Shown here piece after piece: positions 50,643 through 62,509 of a stretch of 64,000 nucleotides of DNA (position 1 is its first letter; the number at the start of each line of letters is the position of its first letter). Made by a program: the position numbers and the translations under genes. This DNA comes from Camelus ferus (Eukaryota): assembly GCF_009834535.1 (NCBI RefSeq), contig NC_045697.1, forward strand, positions 80,850,001-80,914,000. The letters are read 5' to 3'. The notes below the pieces were generated by a model. It saw only the letters and a list, made by a program, of their open reading frames with translations. It did no database searches and was not told where the DNA came from.

Positions 50643-53045
50643 ACACAACATCGTACCTGCAGAGCAGCTTGTCATCTTTGCCAGTAGAGCCTGGTCAATC
50701 TTACCAGTCCTCCCGACCTCTGGAAACCACTTTAACCTCCTTTCCCACTCCTATAACCTCCTTTAAATTCTAAAATAACTTCCCTTTCCCTGTATTTTCT
50801 CCCAGTCATATTCTAAGTAGGCTTCCTTATTCCTCATTTTTAAACCATCATTTTGAACTCATCCATAACTTAATTCCTCTTCTGGCTTCCTATTGTTCCA
50901 TCCAAACTCTATCAGTCTTCTTCCTTCCCTGCCATACTCCTATTTTTGTTCAAAATTTCCATCAGCTATTATGACAGCAGTCTTAAGTATAGCTTAGTCA
51001 ACAGCTTCTTAGATTCATCTTTCCAGCTTTCAGTTTTCAACTTCTGCCTTTCTCTTGATTATTTATTGCTGTCTAGTAAATTAGGATTGAATATTAGCAT
51101 GCAAAACACAAATGAGGAACAGCAGCCAGACCTGCTGAGTACAGAAATCAAATAGGAGGAGTTCTAGACAGCATTTCCCAAACTAAGCTTAGAAACTTCT
51201 GTGCCACACCCAGCTAGGTTATGGGGTGGGGGAAATGTTGAAATAGATGTACCTAGGACTATTGTGAGTAGAAACAGGCTAAGAAGGTTGACAGAGAAAA
51301 GAGCAGAAGAGGAGAGCTAGGTATTTATGGCATATAAGAGTCACTAGAAGGGGCTTGTGACAAGGGAAATCAAGTATATTATCATCACCTCCAGATTAAG
51401 CATGATTACTTAGTCTTCTTTCTATCCTCCCATCCCCAACCAAACACATATAAAAATACAGTCAGTATCTGCCTATTTAAGTTATACAATGATAAGTGAA
51501 AAGGAAGAAAATTATGTCAGGGATATAATTTATATGATTTCAAAGCAAAGGTTTCAAAGCCTTCAGCTTGCAGTATCTAACCTTCTCTCTATTCAGCATT
51601 ATAAATAATGTCAAGCTCCCTGCCCTGGGAGGAAAGCGAGATTGTGTTTACATTATTTAATATTAAGAATGCTCATTATTTTGCATAAATTTTAGTTCAA
51701 ATGAATGCTGATTAAATATTTAGATGATTGTTATACTTGGTACTAACCTGCATGGCTTCCTGCATTCCAAGAGTTCTCAGACTTGTAGAGTGGTTTCTGA
51801 AGCAAAAGAACAGCTGGATTTAAAGTTCTCAAATAAATTCAGCGATAATTTGTATCCAAGAACACAAAATATTAGTAAAGTGTTTGGCCCCCTTACTTAA
51901 AAACACCAGATGGCACCCTTCAAAGAGATTTGTGTGAGAAGGCTGAGAGGGTTATTGTGTCAAAGATGATAAGTAAAGGATTGAAAAGTTTTAACTTTTA
52001 CTTCTGTCCATGTCTTTGTGTTATCCTTTTCTACTAGCAAATGTAGATCTCAGTTAAGTATCATCTAACAAAGTTATATATTGGCAACAAGTTCAGTTGT
52101 TACTCTGCAAAGTAGTTAGTTAAAAAGTAGGTTGCTTTATTTTGATAATATTTTCTTAATTCATATTACTAATACCTGTACAACTATGAACTGTTGAATA
52201 ATGAGCTTAAATATTGAAGGTGTTTACCTTGATTAAAAAATAATGGTCTGAGGGAAGCATAGTAAAGAAAGCAATTCAGGAGACAGCCAGCCAAACACAT
52301 ATTTAAATACACAGTCACTGACTATTTTTTTACTCCAGTTTTTCATTCAAGTTACTTTTCATTGTATTCAGTGACACTGCAATTTTTCTAGCAGACTAGA
52401 TTTTTCATACTTTAGATATTTCTCAAGTATAGATTCGGATGGCTACTTCAGATTTTAAAAACGGTACGAGTTGTCATTGGCCCCCTCTGGGTATATGTAG
52501 CCCAGAACAAGTGGTTCATTCATGAATAAGTTGGAAAATGTATCTATAACTACATCTTGAAAAGGATATATAAAAGGATATATATATAATTAGATATAGA
52601 TGATAAATTATAGCAAGAAAATATAAAAGCTATTCAGCTAACCAAAGTAAACATAAAAACATTTGTATAGCTGTGTTAAAATTAGAAAGTGTCGCTACTG
52701 CCCTGCCCAGACTGTCACTTTACTCTCTTCAGTGCATCTAAAGGAGATAAGTGAGAATGTGCTTCGTGTAGCCACTCCAATGAAGAAAAACAAGCTCAGT
52801 AAGCATCTTAGTGATGACAGGTGGTCAAAAGCCTGGTGGATTAGGACACCCAGCTGCTCAGCAGCAGTGGTGGAAGCATCACGGACAATGCTGGACATTT
52901 CACATGGAACGTGTTCTGTTAATAGGGAAATCCCAGGAAATTATATGCTGCTGACTTTAAAGAGAAAGGAAGTAAGTTGATAGGGACATAATTCTGTCTC
53001 TTCCTCCTCTCTGTGCTTTTCTCTCCTCCTCTCCTCTTCCCACAG

Positions 53046-53098
53046 AGGATAAATGAAAATTAGACGGCAGCTGGACTAACTTAGAGAAAGAGACCTAG
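53046..53098 (+). other. Candidate non-coding exon, 53 nt
   Basis: About 50-nt pyrimidine-rich tract ending CCCACAG| and donor TAG|GTAAGC; stops in all three frames. No transcript evidence. Confidence 0.3.
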
Positions 53099-53626
53099 GT
53101 AAGCAACAAAACTGGCTGATTTCCACACGGCTCCTGAACGCTCCCAGCCATTTTCCAGAGTGCGAGGCCTGTTCCTCTGGCAAGTTGGCTGAACTATCTA
53201 GTCCGTTATGTTAATGATCTTTTTCCTGCTCTGAATCCCCCTCTGACTTCCCCTTGTGAGTCCTTTTACACTCTTTCCTTCTTTCTTTTCCACACAGCTA
53301 AAGATGAAAAACCAGCTGATTCACAAAGTCTACCTTTTCCCAGTTAAATAACCTTCCTTTCAGCAAACTGACTCATAACTAATGTGGATATAGAGGTTAT
53401 CAGTAAGGTTAAATTGATAAAAATTCACTTGTGGGTATAAAGGTCCATGCTTGCCATCCAAGAGACACATTATTTCCACTCACCTCCTATTTCTTCCACT
53501 TCCCTAGTTAACAAGAGACCATCAAAGCCACATGCTTTCATCGCCTACTGGCCTCTCTTACTCTCGGTAGTGCTCTCTGGTTGCAGAAGGCTCTGAAGTC
53601 TGTGATGAACTCATGACGGGTGAGGA

Positions 53627-53655
53627 GTGGTGGTGGTGGTGGTGGTGGTGGTGGT
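53627..53655. repeat. (GTG)n trinucleotide microsatellite, ~9-10 units
   Basis: Directly visible in the sequence. Confidence 0.95.
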
Positions 53656-54752
53656 AGGGGAGTTTGTAGGAGTGGGCACAATAAACAAAGAAGTTGGAAA
53701 TCTCGAAATTTGTAACAGGGTGGATAAATGTGAATAGAGATTTTGCCCTGCCAGAGTTGAGTAATTGTGAGTTCTGTATTATAACCATTTACTCTGAGCA
53801 GGAGGTAAAGCCAAAAAATATGTCCTAAGCATTGTCTAGTTGAAATCAAAGGGAACCTACTATATTAAAGCATAGAGTGATTGTATTACTCAAGGTGCAA
53901 AAACAAAACTATCCTACACGGAGAAAGTACCAGATGGGTCTTGGAGTATTGGGATTTTATATGATGTGTTGGTAATAAAACCAACGCAGAAGGAATTATA
54001 TGAAGAATTAATTTACATTTCATTTTTTCCTCAGTTAAACAAGAAATTTTCAGGACATCAAATGTGAAGTCCATTTATTCCCCAATTCACTTGTTTATTG
54101 ATTATAACGTATCTGTGAGTACTATTATATTACTGCTAGCACCTGATAGCTGAGATAGCCTTAGGGCCCATCCCAAGCTGCCTTCTCACCCATTTACCTT
54201 GGAAACCATTTCTCTATGTTAATCAGTATAAAATGAAAATACGCAAAATAATATCAAAGAGACAAATTCTTCTTCAGGCTTTTTTTTTTTTTGAAAGTCT
54301 AACCGATTTAAAGAAATAATGTCTATCAAAGAAAAGTGAGTTTAAGTCAGCATTACGAAAGATATGATCACAGAGGCAAACATTAGTCATTCACATATAA
54401 GAACTGTTCAAAGAAGAGTGATCCCTGGCCCAAGGATTTGAGCTACCCAGTCTAGTGGCAGATGTGTCTTTTGTGGAGAAAGATGCATTGGCCTGATGCT
54501 TTTAAACACTCATTTCAAATAACCAGTTTTCCCTGTTGTGGTTTTTCTTTCAACATGCAGAAATTCTCTGTTTATAATGCTGCTTTTCCTATAATGTGCT
54601 GTCAGGGATGGAATCCACTGGTTGAAGAACTTGAAGCGTTTAATTCTTTTAGCATTTATGCTTATCATTGTACATTTTTGTACATTGATAAAATTTGCAT
54701 TCTGATTTCTCTGTGTTTCTCTCATTAATCTTCTTGAAGTATTCATACTTCT

Positions 54753-56108
54753 TTTTATTTATATATAAATATTTTTATTGAAATATAGTCAGTTTACAAT
54801 GTTGTATCAATTTCTGGTGAACAGCATAATGCTTCAGTCATATAGGAACATACATATATTCATTTTTATGTCCTTTTTCACCATAAGTTACTACAAGATA
54901 TTGAATATAGTTTTCCCCGTGCTATACAGAGGAAACTTATTATTTATCTATTTTATAGATATTAGTTAGTATCTGCAAATCTCAAACTCCCAATTTATCC
55001 CTTCCTACCCTCTTCCGCCACTGGTAACCGTAAGTTTGTTTTCTATGTCTGTGAGTTTGCTTCTGTTTTGTAAATAAGTTCATTTGTCTTTTTTTTTTTT
55101 TTCAAGATTCCATATGTAAGTGATATCATATGGTATTTTTCTTTCTCTTTCTGGCTTACTTCACTTAGAATGACAATCTCCAGCTCCATCCATATTGCTG
55201 CAAATGGCATTATGATATTATCTCTTGTGGCTGAGTAGTATTCCATTGTATAAATATAGTACAGCTTCTTTATCCAGTCATCTTTCAGTGGACATTTAGG
55301 TTGCTTCCATGTCTTGGCTGTTGTAAATAGTGCTTCTATGAACACTGGGGTCATGTTTCTCTTTGAATTAAAGTTCCCTCTGGATATATGCCCAAAAGTG
55401 GGATTGCTGGATCATATGGTAAGTATATTTTTAGTTTTTTGAGGAATCTCCATACTCTTTTTCCATAATGGCTGCACCAAACTACACTCTCACCAACAGT
55501 GTAGGAGGGTTCCCTTTTCTCCACAGCCTTTCCAGTATTTATTGTTTGTGGACTTGTGAATGGTGGCCATTCTGACTGGTGGGAGGTGATACCTCATTGT
55601 AGTTTTGATTTGCATTTCTCTGACAATTAGCGATATTGAGCATTTTTTCATATGCCTATTGGCCATTTGTATGTCTTCGTTGGAGAATTGCCTGTTTAGA
55701 TCTTCTGCCCATTTTTGGATTGGGTTGTTTGTTTTTTTCTTAATAAGTTGTATGAGCTGCTCATATATTCTGGAAATTAAGCCCTTATTAGTCTCATCTT
55801 TTGCAAATATTTTCTCCCATTCCGTAGGTTGTCTTTTTGTTTTGCTTATGGTTTCCTTTGCTGTGCAAAAGCTTATAAGTTTAATTAGGTCCCATTTGTT
55901 TATTTTTGCTTTTATTTCTATTGCCTGGGTAGACTGCCCTAGGAGAACATTGCTAAGATTTATGTCAGATAGTGTTTCACCTATGTTTTCTTCTGAGAGG
56001 TTTATAGCGTCTTACTTTATGTTTAAGTCTTTTAGCCATTTTGAGTTTTTTTGATGTGTGTGTAGCATGAGGGAGTATTCTAACTTCATTGATTTACATG
56101 CAGTTGTC
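54753..56108 (-). mobile_element. Camelid-type L1, 5'-truncated (ORF2 C-terminal region plus 3' UTR)
   Basis: ORF 55043-55354 (TPVFIEALFTTAKTWKQPKCP...WIKKL) is the ORF2p C-terminus; perfect 18-bp TSD TGAAGTATTCATACTTCT (54735-54752 / 56109-56126). Confidence 0.96.
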
Positions 56109-56249
56109 TGAAGTATTCATACTTCTAAAGTCTGATCAAGCCTGGAGTACCAAAGGTGATATTTTTAGACTGTTCTGGGGAACACAACTTTCCCAAGAAT
56201 TATAAAGAGATGTTTTTGAAATTAATATTCTGTGTTCAAATAAATTTAT

Positions 56250-56482
56250 AACTTGATTCAAATTCATACTCTCTATCTACTCACTAGCTATAAGACCTGT
56301 ATCAAATATGTAACATTTAATACTCTTTAAAAAATAGCCATTTTAATCATCATATATATATATACACACACATATACATACATACATACATATATATGTG
56401 TAAGAATTGTGAAAACTGAATAATTTTTAAAAAGGTGAAATACTTAGTGTGTAGCACTTAGTAACTGCTCAGTAAATGGTAG
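56250..56482 (+). mobile_element. MIR fragment containing a (TA)n/(CA)n compound microsatellite (56352-56398)
   Basis: TTGATTCAAATTC...CTCACTAGCTATAAGACC head and GCTCAGTAAATGGTAGC tail. Confidence 0.6.
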
Positions 56483-57554
56483 CCGGTAGCCATAGCAGCA
56501 GTAGCAGAAAATAACCCTTAAGTTTCTCTAGTTACAACATTGTAAGTCATTGATATTAACACCACTAATACAGTTTTATACAATATTTTATTTATTTTAT
56601 TTGCAGGGCTTTATGTAAGCTGGAAAATAATATTAAGCTTATTTCTAGACAGTTTTTCTTACAACAGATTTCAATTCACCATCAAAACACCTTCAGGCAA
56701 TTAATCAGAGACATGAATGGTGGTGAGTGTGAGCTTATAAAGCATATTAATAAATGTATGAAGGAAACATGACTCATTGAGAAAAGTAAGCACATCTCTA
56801 TTGACTATAGTGATAAAACTAAATGATTATATGGAGTCATAATAGCATTTATTATGGCAACTGTACATAGACCCACTAATGATCAAAGCAAAATATTAAC
56901 AGAAAATATGAGCAAGGATTGTACTCTCTGCAGGTTGGGATTAAGAAAGCTCTAAAACATCCCATCAAAATATTCACTTCAAATTAAAGTGCACTTTAAT
57001 AAAAAGCTAGTTTGTATTTCAAACAATAACTGATAAATCAAGATTTCTCCATTAGTAGGCCTTATGACTCATTAAATGAATCATAAATACAGTTACACTG
57101 TCAAAACAAGAGGGCTGAGTACAAAAGAAATTTCTTCATACTTAATGAGATTACTACTTATTTCCTTAATGCCCTCAATTTTTTCACATCAATAAAAATA
57201 AAGGTAAAATGCAATGTGTTAATCTGAATTTTTAACTGTTAAAACCAAAGTTTAAAAGCAAACAATAAAAATGTAAGTCTGAATTAAGCAAACATTACCA
57301 AAAACTAGTATTTTTTTCTCTATATCCAGCTATAGATTCTGTAAGTTAGTAAGAAAATTATCACAACCGCGGTAGTTTCAAATGACTAAAGCACAAGAGC
57401 AAGTGATTGTCACATGAAGAAATACAATAAATAGGAACATTTTTTCCTTTTTTGATATCAAAAAGACTGAAAATAAACATAATAATGTATTAAATTTTCT
57501 CATCAAATCAGCAAAGTAATAGAAACTTCTAAAGTAATAATATTCAATTATGGC

Positions 57555-57785
57555 GTGATCAGCTAAAAAGAATGTAGGCTTTGGTGTCTGACAGTTTAGA
57601 TTTGAATCCTAGAGCCCTAGATCTTTCAGTTGTGTGATGTTTAATAAATTCTTAGCCTATCTGAGCTTCCTTTTTCTTTTCTGTAAACCTGGGGGTAAAA
57701 ACAGTTTCTTCCCAGAATTGTGATAAGAAGCTAAGTTATTAAGAGTGGTAGACAAAGAGAGATCCCATAAATATTTATTGCTATC
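57555..57785 (+). mobile_element. MIR SINE
   Basis: GGCTTTGGTGTCTGACAG...TTTGAATCCTAG...TCTGTAAACCTGGGG...AGAATTGTGATAAGA. Confidence 0.7.
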
Positions 57786-57814
57786 TTTTTTTTTTCTTTC
57801 AGATATTGCAATAA

Positions 57815-58130
57815 ATTCTATATTGCTGATGGGAATGTAAACAGATTCAACCCTTTTGGAAATTAATTTGAAAACTTGTTATAAGTGACACACAATTTTT
57901 CAAATGTAATCATTGTTCCTCTGGGAATTTACACATCAAATTTATCAAAATAAAACAAATCTTTTATGTAAAAATATCTTCTATATAGTGCTAAGTGGAA
58001 TAGTGAAAAAAATTTAAGCAACTTGTATGTTCATCAACTAAGAGCTTATTGATCAAAATCTAGTATTTTCAATCACTTGAATATTTTATAGACCATTTGA
58101 AAGATTTACATGAAGGTCTTCTGTCAAAGT
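57815..58130 (+). mobile_element. Ancient L1ME ORF2-end remnant
   Basis: ATTGCTGATGGGAATGTAAA, CCTCTGGGAATTTAC and GCAACTTGTATGTTCATCAAC. Confidence 0.6.
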
Positions 58131-58231
58131 GAAGGATGTATTTTGTTTAGTTCTGGTTTTATTTTTCTGGTAGCACTTTTCACAGCTTATTGTGCTTTAT
58201 CTTAGTTTTTTATTAGAAAAATGTAGAAAAT

Positions 58232-58380
58232 GGGGTGGGTACAGCTCAGTGGTAAAGTGCATGCTTAGCATGCACAGACAAGGTCCTGGGTTCAAGCCCC
58301 AGTACCTCCATTAAAAAAATAAAATTTAAAAAAATAAAGTTAGTTTTAAAAAATTTTTAAAAACCTTAAAAAAGAAAAAA
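58232..58380 (+). mobile_element. tRNA-Ala-derived SINE (camelid Vic-1 type)
   Basis: GGGGTGGGTACAGCTCAGTGGTAAAGTGCATGCTTAGCATGCAC...GGTCCTGGGTTCAAGCCCCAGTACCTCCA with Pol III A/B boxes and a long AT-rich tail. Confidence 0.92.
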
Positions 58381-59322
58381 ATACATAAAATGTAAAGTAA
58401 GGAATTAAACATAACCCATAATCCACTAATTTATAAAATTATTATATAAAGTGTAAAGTGAGTGACTTTTCCACCATCAAATATCCAGTGAGACTTCTGC
58501 ACAAGTGATCACTATTCACAGTTTGTAATGTTCTTCTTGCAGTTAAAGATCACATGGTATTTGTTGGTTGAAATCATTAGGGTACAAAATTATATATTTT
58601 CCAACTATCTGACTATGGATAAAGTTTTATGTGTGTAGATATAAGCATATGAAAAAAAGAATGAGTGAAATATCTGCAGTGAGTATTGAGATTATATTGA
58701 TTTCCAAACTTTCTTCAATGTAATTATAATGATTTTTTGAAACTGAATTCTGTACAGTGCAGCAGTTGCCTCCACTAGACATGGACAAAGACTGACATAG
58801 GAAGTAAAGCAGTATTATTCAACTGATTAGAATTCTTTTCTGTGGGGGCAATTGTTGCTATGTAATATGAAAAGAAAAAAGAAGATCAGAACACTTTTAA
58901 GGATCTGGTAAATGAAAAATGGTGTCAATATGGCTTTAATCTCTAGAGCAAATTTATGTTATCCAGGGAAGTGCTTGCATTCAAACTGTGTAACATTTTG
59001 AGCATTATCAGTTATTAGTGACTGCTAAGTCATTCTCACTATGAATGTTAAGACAGGCACACCAGCACTGAATCATACAGTACTGTCAAGGTATTATAAC
59101 TTAATAATATACTAATCTTGGCATGGCATCAGAATGCCATTAATATCTGAATAGACTTGAGTCAGTATAACCAAGAAGAAATGTTGCCCAAGAGAGGTGA
59201 AGTCTAGCTGTATAATGCTGGAAAACAACAGATGGAAAAACTATGATATTAATTGTAGGTGATTTATTTATTCATATCATTTATAGATGACTGACCATTT
59301 GTAAAATTAAAAAAGTAGAGTC

Positions 59323-60331
59323 AACCAAATAGCCAAATCAACCTAGAGAAAAAAGAAGAAAGTTGGAGGAATCATGCTCCCTGACTTCAGACTACACTAC
59401 AAGTCTCCAGTAATTAAAGAGTATAGTACTGGCACACAACCAGACACAAAGATCAATGCTACAGAATGCACTTAAGGCCAATTAATGTATGATAAAGTAT
59501 GTAAGAATTTACAATGGACAAGGGACATCGTCTTTAATAAATGATGGTGGAAAAACTGCACAGCTGCATGTAAAATAATAAAATTAGAATACTTTCTCAC
59601 ACCATACAGAAAAATAAACTCAAAATGGATTAAAGACCTAAATGTAAGACTGGAAACCATAAAACTCCTAGAAGAAAACATAGGCAGAACACTCTTTGAC
59701 ACAAGTCATAGTGATATTTTTATGGATCTGTGTCCTAAGGCAAAGAAAACAAAAGCAAACATAAACAAAAAGGACCTAATTAAACTTAAAAGCTTTTGCA
59801 CAGCAAAGGGAACCATCAACAGAATGAAATGACAACCTACTGAATGGGAGAAAATATTTGCAACGATATGACCAAAAAGGGGTTAATACCCCAAATATAT
59901 AAAGAGCTCATACAACTCAATATAAAAAAAAAACCTGATTGAAAAATGGGCAGAAGACCTGAATAGATGTTTTTCCAGAGAAGACATACCGATGGCCAGC
60001 AGGCATGGGAAAAGATGCTCAGTCATCAGAAGTGCAAATCAAAACCACAATGAACAAATGTTGGTGAGGATATTGAGAAAAGGGAACCCTTGTACAGTGT
60101 TGATGGGAATGTAACTTGGTACAGTCACTATGGAAAACAGTAAGGAGATTCCTCAAAACAAAAATACAACTACTATATGACCCAGCAATTCCACTCCTGG
60201 GTATATACCCAAAGAAAATCACTAATTCAAAAAGAAAATGCACCCCAATGTTCATAGCAGCATTATGTGTAATAGCCAAGTTATGAAGCAACCTGAGTGT
60301 CTATCAACAGATGAATGGATAAAGAAGATAT

Positions 60332-60362
<31 letters not shown>

Positions 60363-60820
60363 TACATAAACACACACTATGAAACATTACTCAGCCATAA
60401 AAAAAAAAATGAGATTTTGCCATTTGCAACAAGATAGATGGACCCGGTGGGTATTGTGCTTGGTGGAATAAGTCAGACAGAGAAAGACAAATACTGTATG
60501 TTTTCACTTATATGTGGAATCTAAAAAATGAAATGAGTGAATCCAAAAAAACAGAAATAGACTTACAGATAAAAAGAGCAAACTAGTGGTCACCAGAGGA
60601 GAGAAGGAAGTAGAAGGGAAGGAAGATATTGGTAGGGGATTGGTAGAGGTACAATCTACTATGTATAAAATAAATAAACTACAAAGATATATTGTACAGC
60701 ATGGGGAATATAGCTAATATTTTGTAACTTTAAATGGTGTATAATCTATAAAACTATTGAATCACTGTGTTGAGTACCTGAAACTAATGTATCATAAATC
60801 CACTATACTTCAATAAAGTG
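59323..60820 (+). mobile_element. L1 (cetartiodactyl-age), 3' ~1.5 kb with small internal deletions and an internal (CA)n
   Basis: AACTCAAAATGGATTAAAGACCTAAATGTAAGAC, GACCCAGCAATTCCACTCCTGGGTATATACCC; 3' UTR ends CTATACTTCAATAAA. Confidence 0.94.
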
Positions 60821-61199
60821 GGATAAAAAATGGTGGTCGGTTCAACCAACAAACATTATTGACTCATTTGTGATTTGTGAAAGCATTTCTTATGTGTCCC
60901 AGTTTAGAAAAGTTTGCTGGTTGCATAATGCATACCTCACCCAGGCTTACACAATATATTTTATGACATTATATGTTACCTAGGCTGATATGGGAGTAAT
61001 TAGACAAAACAAAATGAAAGAAACAAAAACCAGTTGAAGCTGTATTATGTGGTGGAAGAAAGTATTGGACTAAGGCAGCTGAGAATCCAGGGAGGCCCAG
61101 GCTTTGAGTTTGGTTGATATAGACCCTCAAGTCCCCGGGTCTTTCTGTGTCTTTGCTGTGACCACCATTGTCATCTTCTGTCTAATATTAATCCCTTAC

Positions 61200-61384
61200 C
61201 TGGTTTTACAGTGGCTAACAGTTGCCACTGATGATGCATACATATTTGTTCACAGCAAATGTAAGATTGGCTTCCAGAAATTCTTCCAGAATAGTGAAGA
61301 GGATCTTTTCCACAAGCTCCCAGAAAATTACTGTAAGACTGTCAGTATTCTGAATGTTGCTCATGCCTGTCACTGCATCAAACA
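61200..61384 (-). other. Candidate non-coding exon, 185 nt
   Basis: Minus strand has branch-like TTCTAAT, acceptor CTGCTCCCATTTTCAG| and donor CAG|GTAAGG; stops in all frames. Confidence 0.3.
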
Positions 61385-61704
61385 CTGAAAATGGGAGCAG
61401 GACTAGCATTAGAACTACCAGGCCCACTTTCTAAGAGGCACTTAAGCTGCATGGCTGAGATGGAGGTAACTAAGGAGTATAAGGATTCACTATAGAAGGT
61501 GAAGGAAATAATAGATTCTGAGCACCGAAGAGCATGTCTGCTATAACATCCCCCCAAAAGAAAATGTTTACATATTTTTAATGTCAGTGCACATATGAGG
61601 GAAAAAAATATTAGTCAAAGGATACTTTCCTATGACATATTTACTGTTAGAAGTTGTTGTCAAGGCACACACAAGATGTAGCAGTTTCAAAAATGTGCTT
61701 GTAA

Positions 61705-62509
61705 TGGCCATCATTCAAAAATCCACAATTGACAAATGCTGGAGAGGCTGTGGAGAAAAGGAAACCCTCCTTCACTGCTGGTGGGAATGCAGTTTGGTGC
61801 AGCCACTGTGGAAAACAGTATGGAGATTCCTCAAAAGACTAGGAATAGACTTAACATATGACCCAGGAATCCCACTCCTGGGCATATATCCAGAAGGAAC
61901 CCTACTTCAGAATGACACGTGCACCCCAATGTTCATAGCAGCATTATTTACAATAGCCAAGACATGGAAACAGCCTAAATATCCATCGACAGATGACTGG
62001 ATAAAGAAGATATGGTATATTTATACAATGGAATACTATTCAGCCATAAAAACCAACAACATAACGCCATTTGCAGCAACATGGATGCTCCTGGAGAATG
62101 TCATTCTAAGTGAAGTAAGCCAGAAAGAGAATGAAAAATACCATATGAGATCACTCATATGTGGAATCTAAAAACAAACCAAAACAAACCAAAACAAAAA
62201 AACAAAGCATAAATACAAAACAGAAATAGACTCATAGACATAGAATACAAACTTGCGGTTGCCAAGGGGGCGGAGGGTGGGAAGAGATAGACTGGGATTT
62301 CAAAATTGTAAAATAGATAAACAAGATTATACTGTATAGCACAGGGAAATATATATAAGATCTTACGGTAGCTCACAGGAAAAAATGTGACAATGAATAT
62401 ATATATATGTTCATGTATAATTGAAAAATTGTGCTCTACACTGGAATTTGACACAACATTGTAAAATGATTACAAATCAATAAAAAATGTTAAAAAAAAA
62501 AAAAAAAAG
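61705..62509 (+). mobile_element. Young camelid-type L1, 5'-truncated, with uninterrupted ORF2p C-terminal coding sequence
   Basis: [18 protein letters not shown] zinc-knuckle through to the native stop at 62171; AATAAA 62479-62484; poly(A); TSD ATGTGCTTGTAA (61693-61704 / 62510-62521). Confidence 0.97.

Noticed and set aside
52663..52980. 105-aa ORF as a gene
   Set aside because: Non-ATG start and no recognisable homology; the DNA weakly resembles a decayed L1 ORF2 end.
53538..53849. Poly-His and poly-Pro ORFs resembling transcription-factor tracts
   Set aside because: Both are translations of the (GTG)n microsatellite; the flanking residues show no recognisable domain.
58232..58310. tRNA-Ala(AGC) gene
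   Set aside because: Extra bases after the anticodon arm, a poorly pairing acceptor stem and a long AT-rich tail indicate a SINE head. The same applies to 46450-46523.
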